Below are positions 1 to 12,973 of a stretch of DNA of 64,000 nt, one piece after another. The DNA comes from Eledone cirrhosa. Lineage: Eukaryota. The stretch lies in assembly GCA_964016885.1 (NCBI GenBank), contig OZ024742.1:41974001-42038000 (forward strand), written 5' to 3'. The first letter of the stretch is position 1. Each line of letters starts with the position of its first letter. Position numbers and translations under genes: made by a program. The notes beneath the pieces are model-generated. The model searched no databases. It was not told the DNA's origin and saw only the letters and a list, made by a program, of their open reading frames with translations.

Positions 1-661
1 AATGAAATATTGTGTACAGTGCTCAGCTGCACTACAACTCATCAAAAAGTGTATGTATAGTACATAGGGTAATGTACAAACATCAGGAAAATGAACATCT
101 TCTCCATGCTTGCTTTATCCCACTTGCATGGATGGTGAGTCTTCTGCAGTAAGGCATGTTGCCAGTCATTTCAATCTTAGGTGTCCCCTACATGAGGTTC
201 AGCATGAGGGTCAGTCTTCACTGTATCATCCCATGTTTTCCTAAGTCTTCTCCTTCTATAGGTTCCATCAACTTCAAGTGCTCTACTTTATGTAACTATC
301 ATCTCTTTATGTAACTGTCATTTCTTTATGTAACTGTCATCTCTCATACACATGATCTGTCCATAATCCTGTATACTGCATCTGATCCCTCTTGTGCACA
401 GTTCTTCATTCAACTCAATGATGCTACATTGTTTATGTATTACACATCCAATCTTTGTGAGTCTTCCACACACTAAGCCCAAGTTTCATTTTAATGCCAC
501 ATTTCCATTTGCACACAAGCAAATTTATTTATTTATCCATGTATATTTATATATCTCCATCTGTAGCTCTTTAAAATTGACACACACCCATACACAATGC
601 ATTACCTATCTCAGTTATGTTACTATAATGACAAGTTTGCTTTTCAATCACATGGAAGAAG

Positions 662-690
<29 letters not shown>

Positions 691-692
<2 letters not shown>

Positions 693-1637
693 CCTTCATT
701 CTCAGTCGAAGAGAGGTAGTCACGGTTCTGGGACAGCATTCCTCACCATATGAGATGTCATCTGGTGTACCTCAGGGATCTGTTCTTGGCCCCCTTTTGT
801 TTGTGGCATATATTAATGACATAGATGCCAACTTAAGGAATGCCACAGTACTAAAGTACGCAGACGACATCAAGCTGTACCTTGAGATAAAAAGGACAGA
901 TCCTGAACACTATAGATCTTACTTGCAGTCTGACCTGGACACAATGCAACAGTGGATCTCAGACTGGCAACTCAAGCTAGCTGTGGACAAGTGCACCACC
1001 ATGCATTTTGGGAGTAAAAACCCAGCGTCCACATACTCCCTCCACAGCACTAATATCAAGAAGTCTTCCTGTGAACGTGACCTAGGCATTACGGTCAGCA
1101 GCGATTTGCGTTGGACGAGGCACGTCTCTAAAATTGTCAAGAGGGCCGAGGGTGTCTTAGCATCACTCAGCAAGACCTTTGTCAGCCGCTCTCCAGATAT
1201 CTATTTAAGGCTGTATACAGCTATGGTGCGACCACACTTAGAATTTGCATCACCAGTCTGGAACCCCTATCTTGCTCAGGACATTGACCGCCTGGAAACT
1301 GTTCAGAGACGTGCAACCAAGCGAATACCCTCCATCAGGCATCTACCATACTCTGAGCGCCTTGCTTCCCTGGGCATGGATTCATTGAAGCTCCGACGCC
1401 TGGCAACTGACTTGGTAAACACCCACAAAATTGTTAACCATGTTGCCAACAACAACCCTGAGTGCCTTTTCGATTTCCATGTGTCTAACACACGTGGACA
1501 TGCCCACAAAGTAAGAAAACAGCACAGTTCCCATGACTTTCGGAAACATTTTTTCACGCTCAGAGTTGCTGAAGCATGGAACAAACTACCTGCATCAGTT
1601 GTTAGCTGTCGAGACACTGCATCCTTTAAGGCCTCCA
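691..1637 (+). mobile_element. CR1-clade LINE, 5'-truncated RT/C-terminal fragment, embedded in (GAA)n
   Basis: SGVPQGSVLGPLLF, YADDIK, ERDLG, RPHLEFASPVWNPY and TRGH motifs in an open frame; (GAA)n tracts at 656-690 and 1638-1760. Confidence 0.9.
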
Positions 1638-1761
1638 AGAAGAAGAAAAAGAAGAAGGAGGAGGAGGAGGAGGAGGAGGAGGAGGAGGAGAAGAAGAAGA
1701 AGAAGAAGAAGAAGAAGAAGAAGAAGAAGAAGAAGAAGAAGAAGAAGAAGAAGAAGAAGAA
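1638..1761. repeat. (GAA/GAG)n microsatellite
   Basis: Direct reading. Confidence 0.95.
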
Positions 1762-2199
1762 ATGTGTGTGTGTGTGTATAGTCGTTTTAGTCCAAAATTA
1801 AATTTAACCTTTGTAAAATTTATTTTAATTCTAAAACGAGTGTATTTTTGTTACCACTAAAACAACACAAAGATAATTCAAGCACCCTACAGAACAGGCC
1901 AGCTTGGAAATAATGTGCTCTAAAATACTTACTAAGGGAAACTACTAGTAACTTATATATGAATTATGTCACTTTACAATATTATGAATTATGTCCCTTT
2001 ACAATCTAGAACATCGTTCACAGCTAAGTTAGATAAAGAGGGAATTTCTTTTATGGGAAAAATAGTTACAATCTATTAATAAAGAAAAGGAGTAGAAATA
2101 AATAAAATGTCCTGGAAAGATGAGGAATATTCATAAAGAAACCTTATAGAAATAAAAGAAAACGTAAAAAAATCTTTGTGTACAAGAAGAAAAACTTAC

Positions 2200-2342
2200 T
2201 GTACAAAAAGAAGACATCAATTCTGCAAGTTCAGGAATTCGTCCATTAATAGCTTTACTTATTAACATTCTTGATGCTATACCATCACCACAAAGTAACA
2301 TTAAGTTGGCAATATTTTCACTTAACCATTGATCAGGAAAAC
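2200..2342 (-). CDS. FBXO47: FBXO47 exon (SFPDQWLSENIANLMLLCGDGIASRMLISKAINGRIPELAELMSSFCT); remaining exons lie beyond the window start
   Basis: ttttag|...|gtaagt, 143 bp, phase 1-0; matches PREWLLENNARLLMLSG...SKAVNGR..ELA. Confidence 0.92.
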
Positions 2343-4194
2343 CTAAAAAATAAGCAATAAATTATATATAAGTGTGTGTGTATTTGTGTGTATACTTTCT
2401 CTGAGTTTGGCGGACATGCTTCCTGTGTAAGTTGAACATTTCTTTTTTATATTATTTGTTCGATTTTATATTTGCCACTCTGTCCTTGTGTATAAATGTT
2501 TTAAACTGGTCGAGAGCTTTTCGGAGGTAACTCCAGTTTTTTTAATTTAACCCACCAAACGTATTTTCTCAACAATGGTCTTCCTCTTTTTAGATGTTAT
2601 GTGTCACGATAGCATTGAACTGCTAGAATTGGTGAGGCTAGCGTTGTGTATGGACATGTTCACTTGAAGACCATTGTGTTGGGATGGGCTTCTCCTGTTG
2701 ATGAAGTGCAGCATAATGCGATGGACTTGCATGGGTTAGACAGGTTATCCCATGCTGAAGCCAGACCATTCCATTCAGGTGACCACAGCCTGCTCACATG
2801 CTCTATTTTGGCATTGTTTCTACAGCTGGATGCCCTTCTTAATGCCAACTACATTACTAGGTGGATTGGGTGCTTTTTTGTCTGAGCACCAGCACTACCA
2901 CCTTACTTTGTAGTAGGCTTAACACAGCTTTATTTCATTCAACATTTTCCTTCATCTAACTGATATTTATATATATCACCGTTGATATTTATAGTAAACT
3001 TTTACATACTGGCATATGTTGGACAGAAATTTTTGAGGCAATGTTTTACAACCAAATTCTCTTTCTGACACCAACCCTTTTAGTTACTACTTATAACATG
3101 CAGGGTTTAACCCTTTTAGTTACTGCTTATGGCATGCAGGGTTACGCCATATCTATTCAAAACTGGATAGGTTATTTTTTAGAAAATAGGGAATACACTT
3201 GTGTGCTTACATATTTCAGAATAACTACTTTTTGATAGTGAGAGTTGTAGTTTAATAATAAGTATGAGATTTGGGAATATAGTGTTTATGAAAGGGTTGC
3301 TATAACATAGGAATATAGTGTTTATGAAATTGTTGCTATAACATAGTAATAATTGCTTTCTGTTTAACCAAAGAAAGAAGAATTTACTGACTATTGACTA
3401 TAGACATTCATAAATGGTGTTGTTTTTGGTTATCCTCAGGTTTCCTTAGATCAAGCAGACATATAATTAAAGGTGTTCCAGCCGTGACAATTCTGTTTTT
3501 TTTTTTTTTTTTTTTTTGTATATCCATAACTATATTGTCTATTTCATTGTCACTACATTTTAAAGACACCACTGTGTATAATTTGAAAGAGATTTGGTGG
3601 CTATTTTAACGGGCCAAATGACTACATAGAGACTCCCTCATTGGTTTGCCGGGGGTGATGGGTGGTGTAAATGTGAAGCATGGAGCCATATATGAAAAAA
3701 GAAAGATAGAGGACCAAGAGCTTGAGGCAGAGCAAGAGCTTTTGCATAGAAAGTACCACAAACAGAGCAACCAGTATTTTGAGATAAGAAGTTAGAACTA
3801 AGCTATTAAAAAGAAGACTGTGATAGTGGTATAAGGTAGAGGGTAAAGCTTTATCTTTCTGGTGTTCATCATCATCACTGTTTAACGTCTATTTTCCATG
3901 CTTGCATGAATTAGACAGGTTGTCATAGACTAAGGCGAGATTGGTCAGGTGGCCACAGGGAGAATTTTATCAAGACTCAAGCACTACCATCTTACAGAGT
4001 TGGTTGGGTGCTTTTTATAATGACACTAGCACTGCCATCTTACAGGCTGAATTATGTGCATTTTTAATACAATATAAATAATTAATGCAAATGGAATGTG
4101 AACTGGAAATATCAGAGACAAAAGCATAACAAAAGGTATAACACACAATGGCTCATAAGCAGTTTGGTTTTGTATCAGGACAAATAATACTTAC

Positions 4195-4353
4195 TTGTAA
4201 GTTCATCAACTACACTGACAGCATTGTCATTGGTCCATTTTTCATTGTAGTGATATAAACAATGTATAGCATTGGCCATATTGCCTAGATTTTGTACAGA
4301 CTCTTCACAATTTTCTGATGTGTTATCACACATTTCAAACCATAGAATTTCCT
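4195..4353 (-). CDS. FBXO47: FBXO47 exon (KEILWFEMCDNTSENCEESVQNLGNMANAIHCLYHYNEKWTNDNAVSVVDELT)
   Basis: ctacag|...|gtaagt, 159 bp, phase 1-1; matches LADAIKLLY...WTADDVISLVDELS. Confidence 0.92.
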
Positions 4354-5170
4354 CTGTAGACAAAGAAAGTAAAATTATACTTTACAAAATTTCATGGGGA
4401 TTAGTAAATAAATATATGTAACAAAGGGGGAAATTAGAACATGTGGTAGATAGGGTTCAAATTCATATAATTCAATAGCCTAAATAGTTTACCAGTTAAT
4501 CTATTCCTAGTTCAAACTTTCTCTCTTTGTTTTACTTCATAATTTTACACCTATGTTAGATTAAACATTTTCATAAATATTTCCCATGAAGTATCATAAT
4601 TTTAAATGCAGATATTAAATGTTTCCTGAACAACAGATCATAATGGCCACTAAAATAATTGAGAAATAATTGCTCGGAGTGATTTCTTTACTTTTTGTTA
4701 AAAAAAGAAAAGAAAATTAAAGTCTTTCTTGCACTTGGAGGCTCATCAGATCAGAGTTTATTCTTGTTTTATGTGGCATTAAGTGACTGAGAGTACAAGA
4801 CTCAACTATGGACAGGACGCCAGCCCTTCACGTGATCAAGCCCAATTGCTGCTGATACTCATTTTCAGCTGTGTGAAGTATCTTGCTCAAGGGCACAATA
4901 TGCCACCTGGTCTATGAATCAAAGTCACAACATTACAATCTTGAACCCAAGACTCAGCACTCTTCTTCATATATATAATTATTTACACTCTCATTTCTCA
5001 TTTGATATTAGAATGTCAACAGCATGGATTTCTACAGTATCTGGGGGCTGTAAAGGTCATAGGTACTGCCCTTTCCTCCAGACTTACCAAGTAAAAAAGA
5101 AAGTATAATCTAAGTGCACTAGGAGTGTGCATGATGAAATTATAAATATATACAGAAAATACATGCATAC

Positions 5171-5341
5171 TTTGTGACACTGGTCCATATAGTAAGTACA
5201 ACAGCTTTGCTTGGTGCACCATTGGCCATGATTTAAAGATACACGATAACCAAAAGGATCTGGTTGTAACAAATTCACAGTGATCTAGGAAAACTCGTCG
5301 GAAAAACAGCCGAGCATCACATTCCATTTTGCTATGCAAAC
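5171..5341 (-). CDS. FBXO47: FBXO47 exon (GLHSKMECDARLFFRRVFLDHCEFVTTRSFWLSCIFKSWPMVHQAKLLYLLYGPVSQ)
   Basis: tactag|...|gtatgc, 171 bp, phase 1-1; matches RLFCRNVLLDH...FWL...KPWPMVNQARLLYIIFGP. Confidence 0.93.
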
Positions 5342-6095
5342 CTAGTAAGCAATAAGAAAAGAATTATGAAAACCTGCAGTGGGAACAATTTTCTTTTTTT
5401 TTGAGGATGAAAGAAAGCTGGTGGAATCTGAAAGTGATTTTTAAAATAAAAAATAATAATAATTTAAATATTGTGTACAGTGCTCAAGTGCACTACAACT
5501 CATCAAAGGTGCATCTATAGTACATTGAATAATGTACAAATGTCAGTGAACAGTGTATGAGTCATGATATACACACAGACACATGTGTGCATGTGTATGG
5601 AAGGAGAATATCAGATGCAGTATAGGCGAATTTTGGGAAGCATGGAAGTTTTGAAGGATGTAGTGTCCTGACAGCTAACAAATGATGCAGGAGATAATCA
5701 TCATCCTTGTTTTGTCTGTTTTTCCAGGCTTGCATAGGTTAGAAAAGTTTTTTCTAGCATAGCTTCCCTCCATACATTGCATTCCTTTGTCTTCTCCTCT
5801 ATGAAGTTCACCATTTCTAGATCTGCTCTCACCACTTCTGCCTAGGTTTTTCTTGGCCTTCCTCTACTGCAGCTCCCTTCCACTGAGAACTCCTGACACT
5901 TCTTCACCCAACGACCATCTTCCATGTACATCACATAGCCATACCAATGCAGTCTACATTTGATTCCTCTTATACTCAGCTTCTCTCTTAGCTCATCTAT
6001 GCTTTACTGTTCACTCATATATTAACATCACACATCCATTGAAGCATGTTCACTTCATTTCTCTCCAGCTTTCACATATCTTTTGCACAATTAAT

Positions 6096-6279
6096 TGTTT
6101 CTACTTTAGGCACAAGGCCAGCAATTTACCAGTGCATTACTGGTACTTTATTTTATCGACCCCGTAAGGATGAAAGGCAAAGTCAACCTCGGCGGGATTT
6201 GAACTCAGATCGTAAAGGGACGTAACTATGCTGGAAAGCATGGCGTCCGACCCTCTACCGATACTGCCAATCCACCGCC
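6096..6279 (-). mobile_element. tRNA-derived SINE with 15-bp TSD
   Basis: B-box (GAGTTCAAATCC on minus). TSD ttttgcacaattaat at 6081-6095 and 6282-6296. Related copies at ~7965-8180, 8389-8576, 21715-21870, 34130-34230, 50197-50300 and 55660-55810. Confidence 0.85.
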
Positions 6280-7406
6280 AATTTTGCACAATTAATGAAA
6301 ACTATACAGATGTCGAGATATGAGCTATGTTATGCATATTAGAGAAAAATGATTAAATAGTTACCATATTAAATCGTTACCATATTTCTAACAAAAATCA
6401 CTGCCTTTGATTTGCAATTCATTTTGAAAATAATCAAGAATTAGAAAGGATTTCATAATAAAATTAACGTTTTCATTACTAAACTAGTGTGAGGGTGGTT
6501 GATTGGCAGAATTGATAGAATATTAAACAAAATGCTTTGTGGTATTTAGTTAAGGCTCTTTACATTCTGAGTTCATCTCACCATGGTTAATTTTGACTTT
6601 CATCCTTCTGGTATTGATAAAATAAAGTACCAAACAAATACTGGAGTTGAAATAACTGAATTTCGCCTTCCTTCAAAATTGTTGGTCTTGTGTCTAAATT
6701 AGAAACAACTATTTAACTGGTGTTTGGAGCATAATGTAACTAAAGTTCTTGCCTAAAATTATGATGGAAGGTTTTAGATAAGTATAAACAGTTAAAAAAA
6801 TAAACAACTAAGAAAAATAGGCAGTTTTAGGAGGTTTGGGTTAAAGTATTGTGTTTCATCTTCTGTGGTATTAGTTCTCGTGTAGACATTGTCTATTGGA
6901 CACCTATGAGTCCATTTTAAAATATTTTATTTCAATTTAAATCTGCTCTCAAAATTTACATAATGACCATATTTCTAACAAAATACATTGTCTATATGTT
7001 TCAATTAATGTTTAAAATGGTCAAGAATATGGAATAATATAGTAAAAAACTATAAAAATAACATTACAGAGCTGCTGTTTGGAACACCGGAAAGTTCATT
7101 GTTGTCATCATCATCATCATCATCATCAAGGGCAGATGGTAAATGATGATGATGATAATGATTGATGATTAACAAGTGATGATGGTGATGATGATGATAA
7201 ACCTTCTGTTATGTTATGTTTTAAACAGTGACTTCATAATGTGTTAGAATTATTTTTAAAGTTATCTTACAAAATTACTATAAATGCTTGATCACTTACA
7301 AAATAAATTGAAGCATATAGGCAATGTATCTCATTAAAATATAATCACAAAAGAGTTTAAACCAACAAACAGAATAATGGTAGAAATGAAATGAAATATG
7401 AATTAC

Positions 7407-7593
7407 CTGGTTTAGAATTCAGGATTGTGGTAACATTTCTTAAAGCACCAGTATGTAAACATATAGAATCAAATGCTCTTTGACATTCAGAATCATCCCA
7501 ACCAGCAACCACAGTGTGAAGGAATTTTCCAAAGCATATCAAAGCAATACAATTCAAAGAATTCACACATTTCTTGGAGTTTGTACATATAAT
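7407..7593 (-). CDS. FBXO47: FBXO47 exon (IICTNSKKCVNSLNCIALICFGKFLHTVVAGWDDSECQRAFDSICLHTGALRNVTTILNSKP)
   Basis: ttccag|...|gtaatt, 187 bp, phase 0-1; AGWDxxEC and SKPG motifs of FBXO47. Confidence 0.93.
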
Positions 7594-8388
7594 CTGGAAA
7601 GAGTTTATAATTAAAGATAAGCATTTTTACAGGATACATAATATGCACAGACAAGACAATCTCTTTGAAATGTGGAATTATGACAACACCAAGAAAAATA
7701 ACAACAAATATTTTAAAATCATTTTCCTTTAGAATAGTGTGCCCCATGACAGGCTTCATACTCTTCAATGGGTATTTTTGTGACAATATTTTATAACAAG
7801 ATGCCCTTCATGGTGCCAACCTTTTTAGTCACTTTGTATGGCATGCAGGGATAGGGTGTACCTATTCTAAACTGGATACACACTGTAAACCACCAAGGAA
7901 AAGGAAAATTTCAATAACAATTTTGTTACAAAATTGGTAGGCCAAATTAGTAGAGCAACTGATAATGGTTTCTGATTTATGCACAAGGCCAGCAATCTTT
8001 TTTTGAAGTTGATTAAATCAACCACAGTGTGTTACTGGTGCTTTATTTTATCAACCCTGTAAAGATGAATGACAAAGCTATCTCCAGCAGGGTTTTGAAC
8101 TCAAAGCATAAAGAGCCATAACTATATGCCACAAAGCATGTTGCCCAATGCTCTACTGATACTGCCAATCCACTGCCCTTAGTAGGGCAACTAATAATAA
8201 AACTTTTGATTTAAAAAAATTTTAATAGTGAAACGTGTTAATTATTTTAAAGAAAATTTTTTATTACATAAGTTAAGGAAATTAGTAATCACTTCTTTAG
8301 TGTTTTATTTATACTAAATATCTATAACCATAGTCTTAGATTATATCCTAATGCATAATATATATATACATATGTATATATTTATTAA

Positions 8389-8576
8389 TTGTTTCTACTT
8401 TTTGGCACAAGGCCAGAAATTACCCAGTGCATTACTGGTACTTTATTTTATCGATCCCGTAAGGATGAAAGGCAAAGTTAACCTCGGTGGGATTTGAACT
8501 CAGAATGGCAAGGGCCGTAACTCTATGCGACAAAGCATGGCGTCCAACCCTCTACCGATACTGCCAATCCACCGCC
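8389..8576 (-). mobile_element. tRNA-derived SINE (same family as 6096-6279) with TSD atatatttattaat
   Basis: Near-identical to 6096-6279, with a flanking direct repeat. Confidence 0.85.
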
Positions 8577-9185
8577 ATATATTTATTAATAGCAACAAAT
8601 TGGTAGAGTTGTTAGGGTGTTGAATTAGATGCTCTGCAATACTTGTTCTGGCTCTCTGCAAGATCAACTTTGCCTTTTAACCCTTTCACAGATGATTGAG
8701 TATCAGTCAACTAAATAGCACTTTGATCTTTGTTATGTTAATGTTTAACTCTTTAGTTACTCTTTTTCTAATGAAATACATGGCAATGATATTCAAATCA
8801 TTTTTGAAAATATTCAAGAATTTGGAAAGATATAGTAATATAACTTTTTCATTATTACCTTAATGTTTGTAACATGGTTTAACAAAGTTTCTTAAACAAA
8901 ATTATGATGAAAAGGTTTTAGATAAATATAAATCCTTTAAAATAAACAGTTCCATATCATAAAACAAGAAATTTCAAGCAGATTGGTATCAAAATGGCTA
9001 AGCATTCAGATCAGAGATTATGCTTCCAAGTTTACACCTTTTTCTTAAACACTTTGATTACTAGGTTATCAAAGAAAAGTCTCAAAGGATAAACTTATGT
9101 GACACAAACATAATCATTAAAGTTATCAAAAATGAAATGAATTTAATCATTTGAATAATAAAAATAAAGATATTTGTCAAGATAC

Positions 9186-9262
9186 CCGCATAAGGAAGTC
9201 ATTAATAAACTTCAATCTGTCTTTTGTAGCATAGAGGCAAGTTGATCGCTTCATAAGCAGAC
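9186..9262 (-). CDS. FBXO47: FBXO47 exon (GLLMKRSTCLYATKDRLKFINDFLMR)
   Basis: ttttag|...|gtatct, 77 bp, phase 1-0; matches FBXO47 GLLFKRCTLLLPTKERLKYI. Confidence 0.92.
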
Positions 9263-9559
9263 CTAAAATTAAAAAACAAATTTGAATTTTCTTTTTTAGT
9301 TAAGTAAGATAAGGAATGCTAGATAAATTCTTTTATGAATAAATCGACATAAAAATGTGTTTCCATTTATTTTGTCTTATTTCACAAAACGTTGGTTATA
9401 CATCTAAAGGGAAATTTTTTTTTCTTTAAGCATCAGCAATATATAATTACAGTACTTTAATAATAACTATCTAATCTTATTACATATCATTGGTATACAC
9501 TTTGAAAATCAAAAGCTTTTTTAAAATGTTTATAACTGTGTACACAAATATATCTATAT

Positions 9560-11660
9560 CATCATCATTTTTTTTACATCTGTTTTTCCACACTTGCACG
9601 GGTTGGATGGGTCCTTCTCAGTACAGTATCTCCATTCACTACATTTCTTCATGTCCTCTGTGCGTCTCAGCAATCTGAGGTCAGCTCTCACCTCTACCCA
9701 GGTTTTTCTTTGTCTACCTGTACTACTAACTTCCTTCCACTGGCATTTTCTAGCACTTCTTCACCCATTGGTCATCATCCATGCACATCACATGTCCATA
9801 CCAATGCAGTCTTCTTTCCTGTACAGCTTCTTGGATTCCTCTTAAACTCAGTTTCTCCCTCCATTCATCCAAGCTCTGCCTTTCTTTCACACTTACATTG
9901 CACATCTAACGAAGCATGGCTGCTTTATTTCTCTCCAGTCTATGCATGTCTACTGCAGTCATTGCCCATGTTTCACTACCATGCAGCATTGTACTTCACA
10001 CACAGGCATCATATAGTTGTCCTTTTGTATGTAGGGAGAAACCATCTGTTGTCAACAGTGAGAGTAGCTCTCTAAACTTCTTCCATCCTATCCTTCATCC
10101 TATCCTTTATCTAGCTATTATGTTCTCAGAGCACACTCCTGCTAATTAAATCACCTTGATAGTAGAAGCTATCAACCACTTCTATGGACTCTTTCTGTGA
10201 CTTGGAGAGGTTTATATCACTGGCACTCTTTCCCTCGATTACTCCTGTGCATCTTCTACATAAAAAGCCTTCCCTTCCTGTTAGTCTACCCATTATCCCA
10301 CTACATCTCTTGTGTACCAAAGATTTACATTGTGTACACCATATGGAGTTTATGCCTACTCCTTTTCTACATATAGAGCAGGGCCACTTTTCTGAGAAGT
10401 GGCTTCTTTCCTACTCTCTAGCACTTTAGTTTTGGCTAAATTTATGCACATATTTTTTAAATTCTAAATTCCATTTCCATAGTTGGAACTTATTTTCTAG
10501 TTCTTTTATCAATTCGGCTATAAAAGACCAAATCATCTGCATTCAGAATTTCCTACAGACAGCCAGTGTTAAAATCCTGCCATGACCTGGAAGATTATGA
10601 TGAACAGCAATGTACTAAGAACCAAACATTTAATTCCTCACTAAACTCACTTTAATGACAGCTCCTCTGCACATGGCTTACACTGCTCTCACAAACTATT
10701 CTTCTACACCTAATTTCTTTAAGGACCACCAGATGATGGATCGAAATACTCTATCAAAGGCCTTTTCTATATTAACAAAAGCTAAATATAGTCATTTATT
10801 CTTGGCTAGGAACTTCTCCTGTAGTTGCCTCATTAAGAAGAGGGCATCTGTGATACTTTTCATAGGCATGAAACCAAACTGCATCTTATCTAATTTGACT
10901 CTTTCCCTAATTAGCTGCGCTAAAACTCTTTGTCGCTACCATAACTTGATCCATTAATTTTATACCTCTGTAGTTACTCTTTTCTAGAGCGTCACCTTTG
11001 CTCTTGTAGCAATTTATGATTGTACTGTTGTACCAGTCATTGTATATAGCTCAGTCCTGTATTACCTGATTAACTACATTGATTTCTAGTTCAACTCCTA
11101 TTTCTCCCAATGCTTTTAGCATCTCTGACAGTCCTGCAGCTTTACCATTCTTCATCTCTTTGATTGCTTCTTTGACTCTATAACTATCACCTTCAATAGC
11201 TGGTCCTTCTGTTGTGTTAGTTGGGAGCAGTTTCTCTTCCTCCCATTCATTCTCTACAATCATCAATCTCTCATATTAACATCTCCAGTCCTCTTTCTTT
11301 TGGGAACAAGTGATGCTAAGTGTACCAGTGTCATTTTTAACACACTTTTCCTCAACAACATCTCGATTTACTCAAACTCACTGCCTTGCAATGCGAAACA
11401 CTTAATGTCTCAAGACTTTGGTAAACTTTCTTTTTTCAGCCTCTCTCCAAGCTGTGTATATCTGTCGTCTAATTTCTCTCTTAACTACCTGGTACAGGTC
11501 TCTGCTACCCCCATTTTTCCAATCTTTCCATGCCTGTCTCTTGGCTTTAATGGCTCTATCGACTGTGCTGTTCCACCACCAGGTCACCTTCTGTCTGACT
11601 GGCGTTTTACTCTACAAACACAAGAATCGTTGGAATTTCCAGTTGACCTCTGCTTTATAA
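9560..11660 (-). mobile_element. Degenerate RTE LINE (PHD-containing family)
   Basis: Fragmented frames TWWWNSTVDRAIKAKR, MKNGKAAG and VHKRCSGIMGRL; many stops and frameshifts. Confidence 0.8.
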
Positions 11661-11667
11661 GTACCCA

Positions 11668-12330
11668 TCATCATCATCATCATCAACGTTTAACGTCCGT
11701 GTTCCACGCTTGCATGGGTTTGGATGGGGGTTTTCCCACTTGAGGCAAGAGTGATTGTCTTGCTCGCATAGGACTATCTGGCGGCTTTTCTACAGCTGGA
11801 TGCCCTTCCTAACACCAACCACATTTACAGTGTGGGGCTGGGAGGTTTTTACCATGTTGCCTACACGGCCACATTACAGCGTGGACTATCTGGCAGGTTT
11901 TCTACAGCTGGATACCCTTCCTAACACCAACCACATTTACAGTGTGGGGCTGGGAGGTTTTTACCGTGTTGCCTACACGGCCACATTACAGCGTGGATAC
12001 ATATATATATATATATATATATATCATATATATACATATGATGATGATCATCATCATCATCATCATCATCACCGTTTAACATCTATTTTCCACGTTGGCA
12101 TGGGTTATACAGGTTGTACTATTTGAGGCAAGTTTGGTCAGATGACAATATCTTGCTCACCCAGAACTGATTTTGATTAGGTTTCTCCAGCTAGATGCCC
12201 TTCCTAACACCAACCACATTTACAGTGAGTATTGGGTGTTTTTTGTCATGACACCTACACGACCACTTTACAGTGTGGGCTGGATGCTTTTTGTCGTGAC
12301 ACCTACATGACCACTTTACAGTGTGGGCTG
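11668..12330 (-). mobile_element. RTE 3'UTR/tail fragments ((CAT)n tails) separated by (TA)n
   Basis: Reverse complement of the 3' ends at 16780-17003 and 40490-40707. Confidence 0.75.
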
Positions 12331-12973
12331 GGAGCTTTGGTGGGAAGGGTGTGTGGGAATAGGGAGGTGGGTATATAGATATGTGAGGGGTGGAATGTTA
12401 GGACGTAGGAGATGTATGGAAGGGGAATGAAGGTGAAGATGGTGCATACCAGATGTATGCTTCAAGTCTGTGTTCATGGGATGTGTATGGGATGGGGGGG
12501 GGGAATACTATATGTATGCTTCAGCCTGTGCTTATGGGAAGGCGGATCTTCAGTATTACTGAATAACGCCACAGATCCCGGTCCGGTGTCATCGCTAATG
12601 TTATGTGTTGTTCTCTATTTTTTTCGTATTTTGGTACCGAACAGATCTGGTAAATGAAAATCATGGTAAAAATTGCATTTCTATTAATTTGGTAACGAAT
12701 AAATTCGTATCAATATACGATTTCTAAACAAATATAACGAATTAAAACTTAAGGTAACCAAAGTTTGTTTCTATGCCTTAAATGTTATCTTGAATTATTT
12801 CCCTTTATTCACTCTTATACTAATGATAACATTTCGAGAGAAAAAAGAAACGGAAATAAACAAAACGTGTACCCTCGAATTTGGAGCATTGTTGTTTTTT
12901 CTTACTTCATTTGAATCGGTGAAATTTTTTCATGTTGAGATTTTTTTTTTTTTGTTTTGTTAAAATATTCACC

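Noticed and set aside
1533-1801. Poly-K/E/R ORF tails
   Set aside because: Read-through of the CR1 frame into a (GAA)n repeat.
6170-6279. tRNA gene
   Set aside because: tRNA-like SINE head with a non-tRNA body, TSD and multiple copies.
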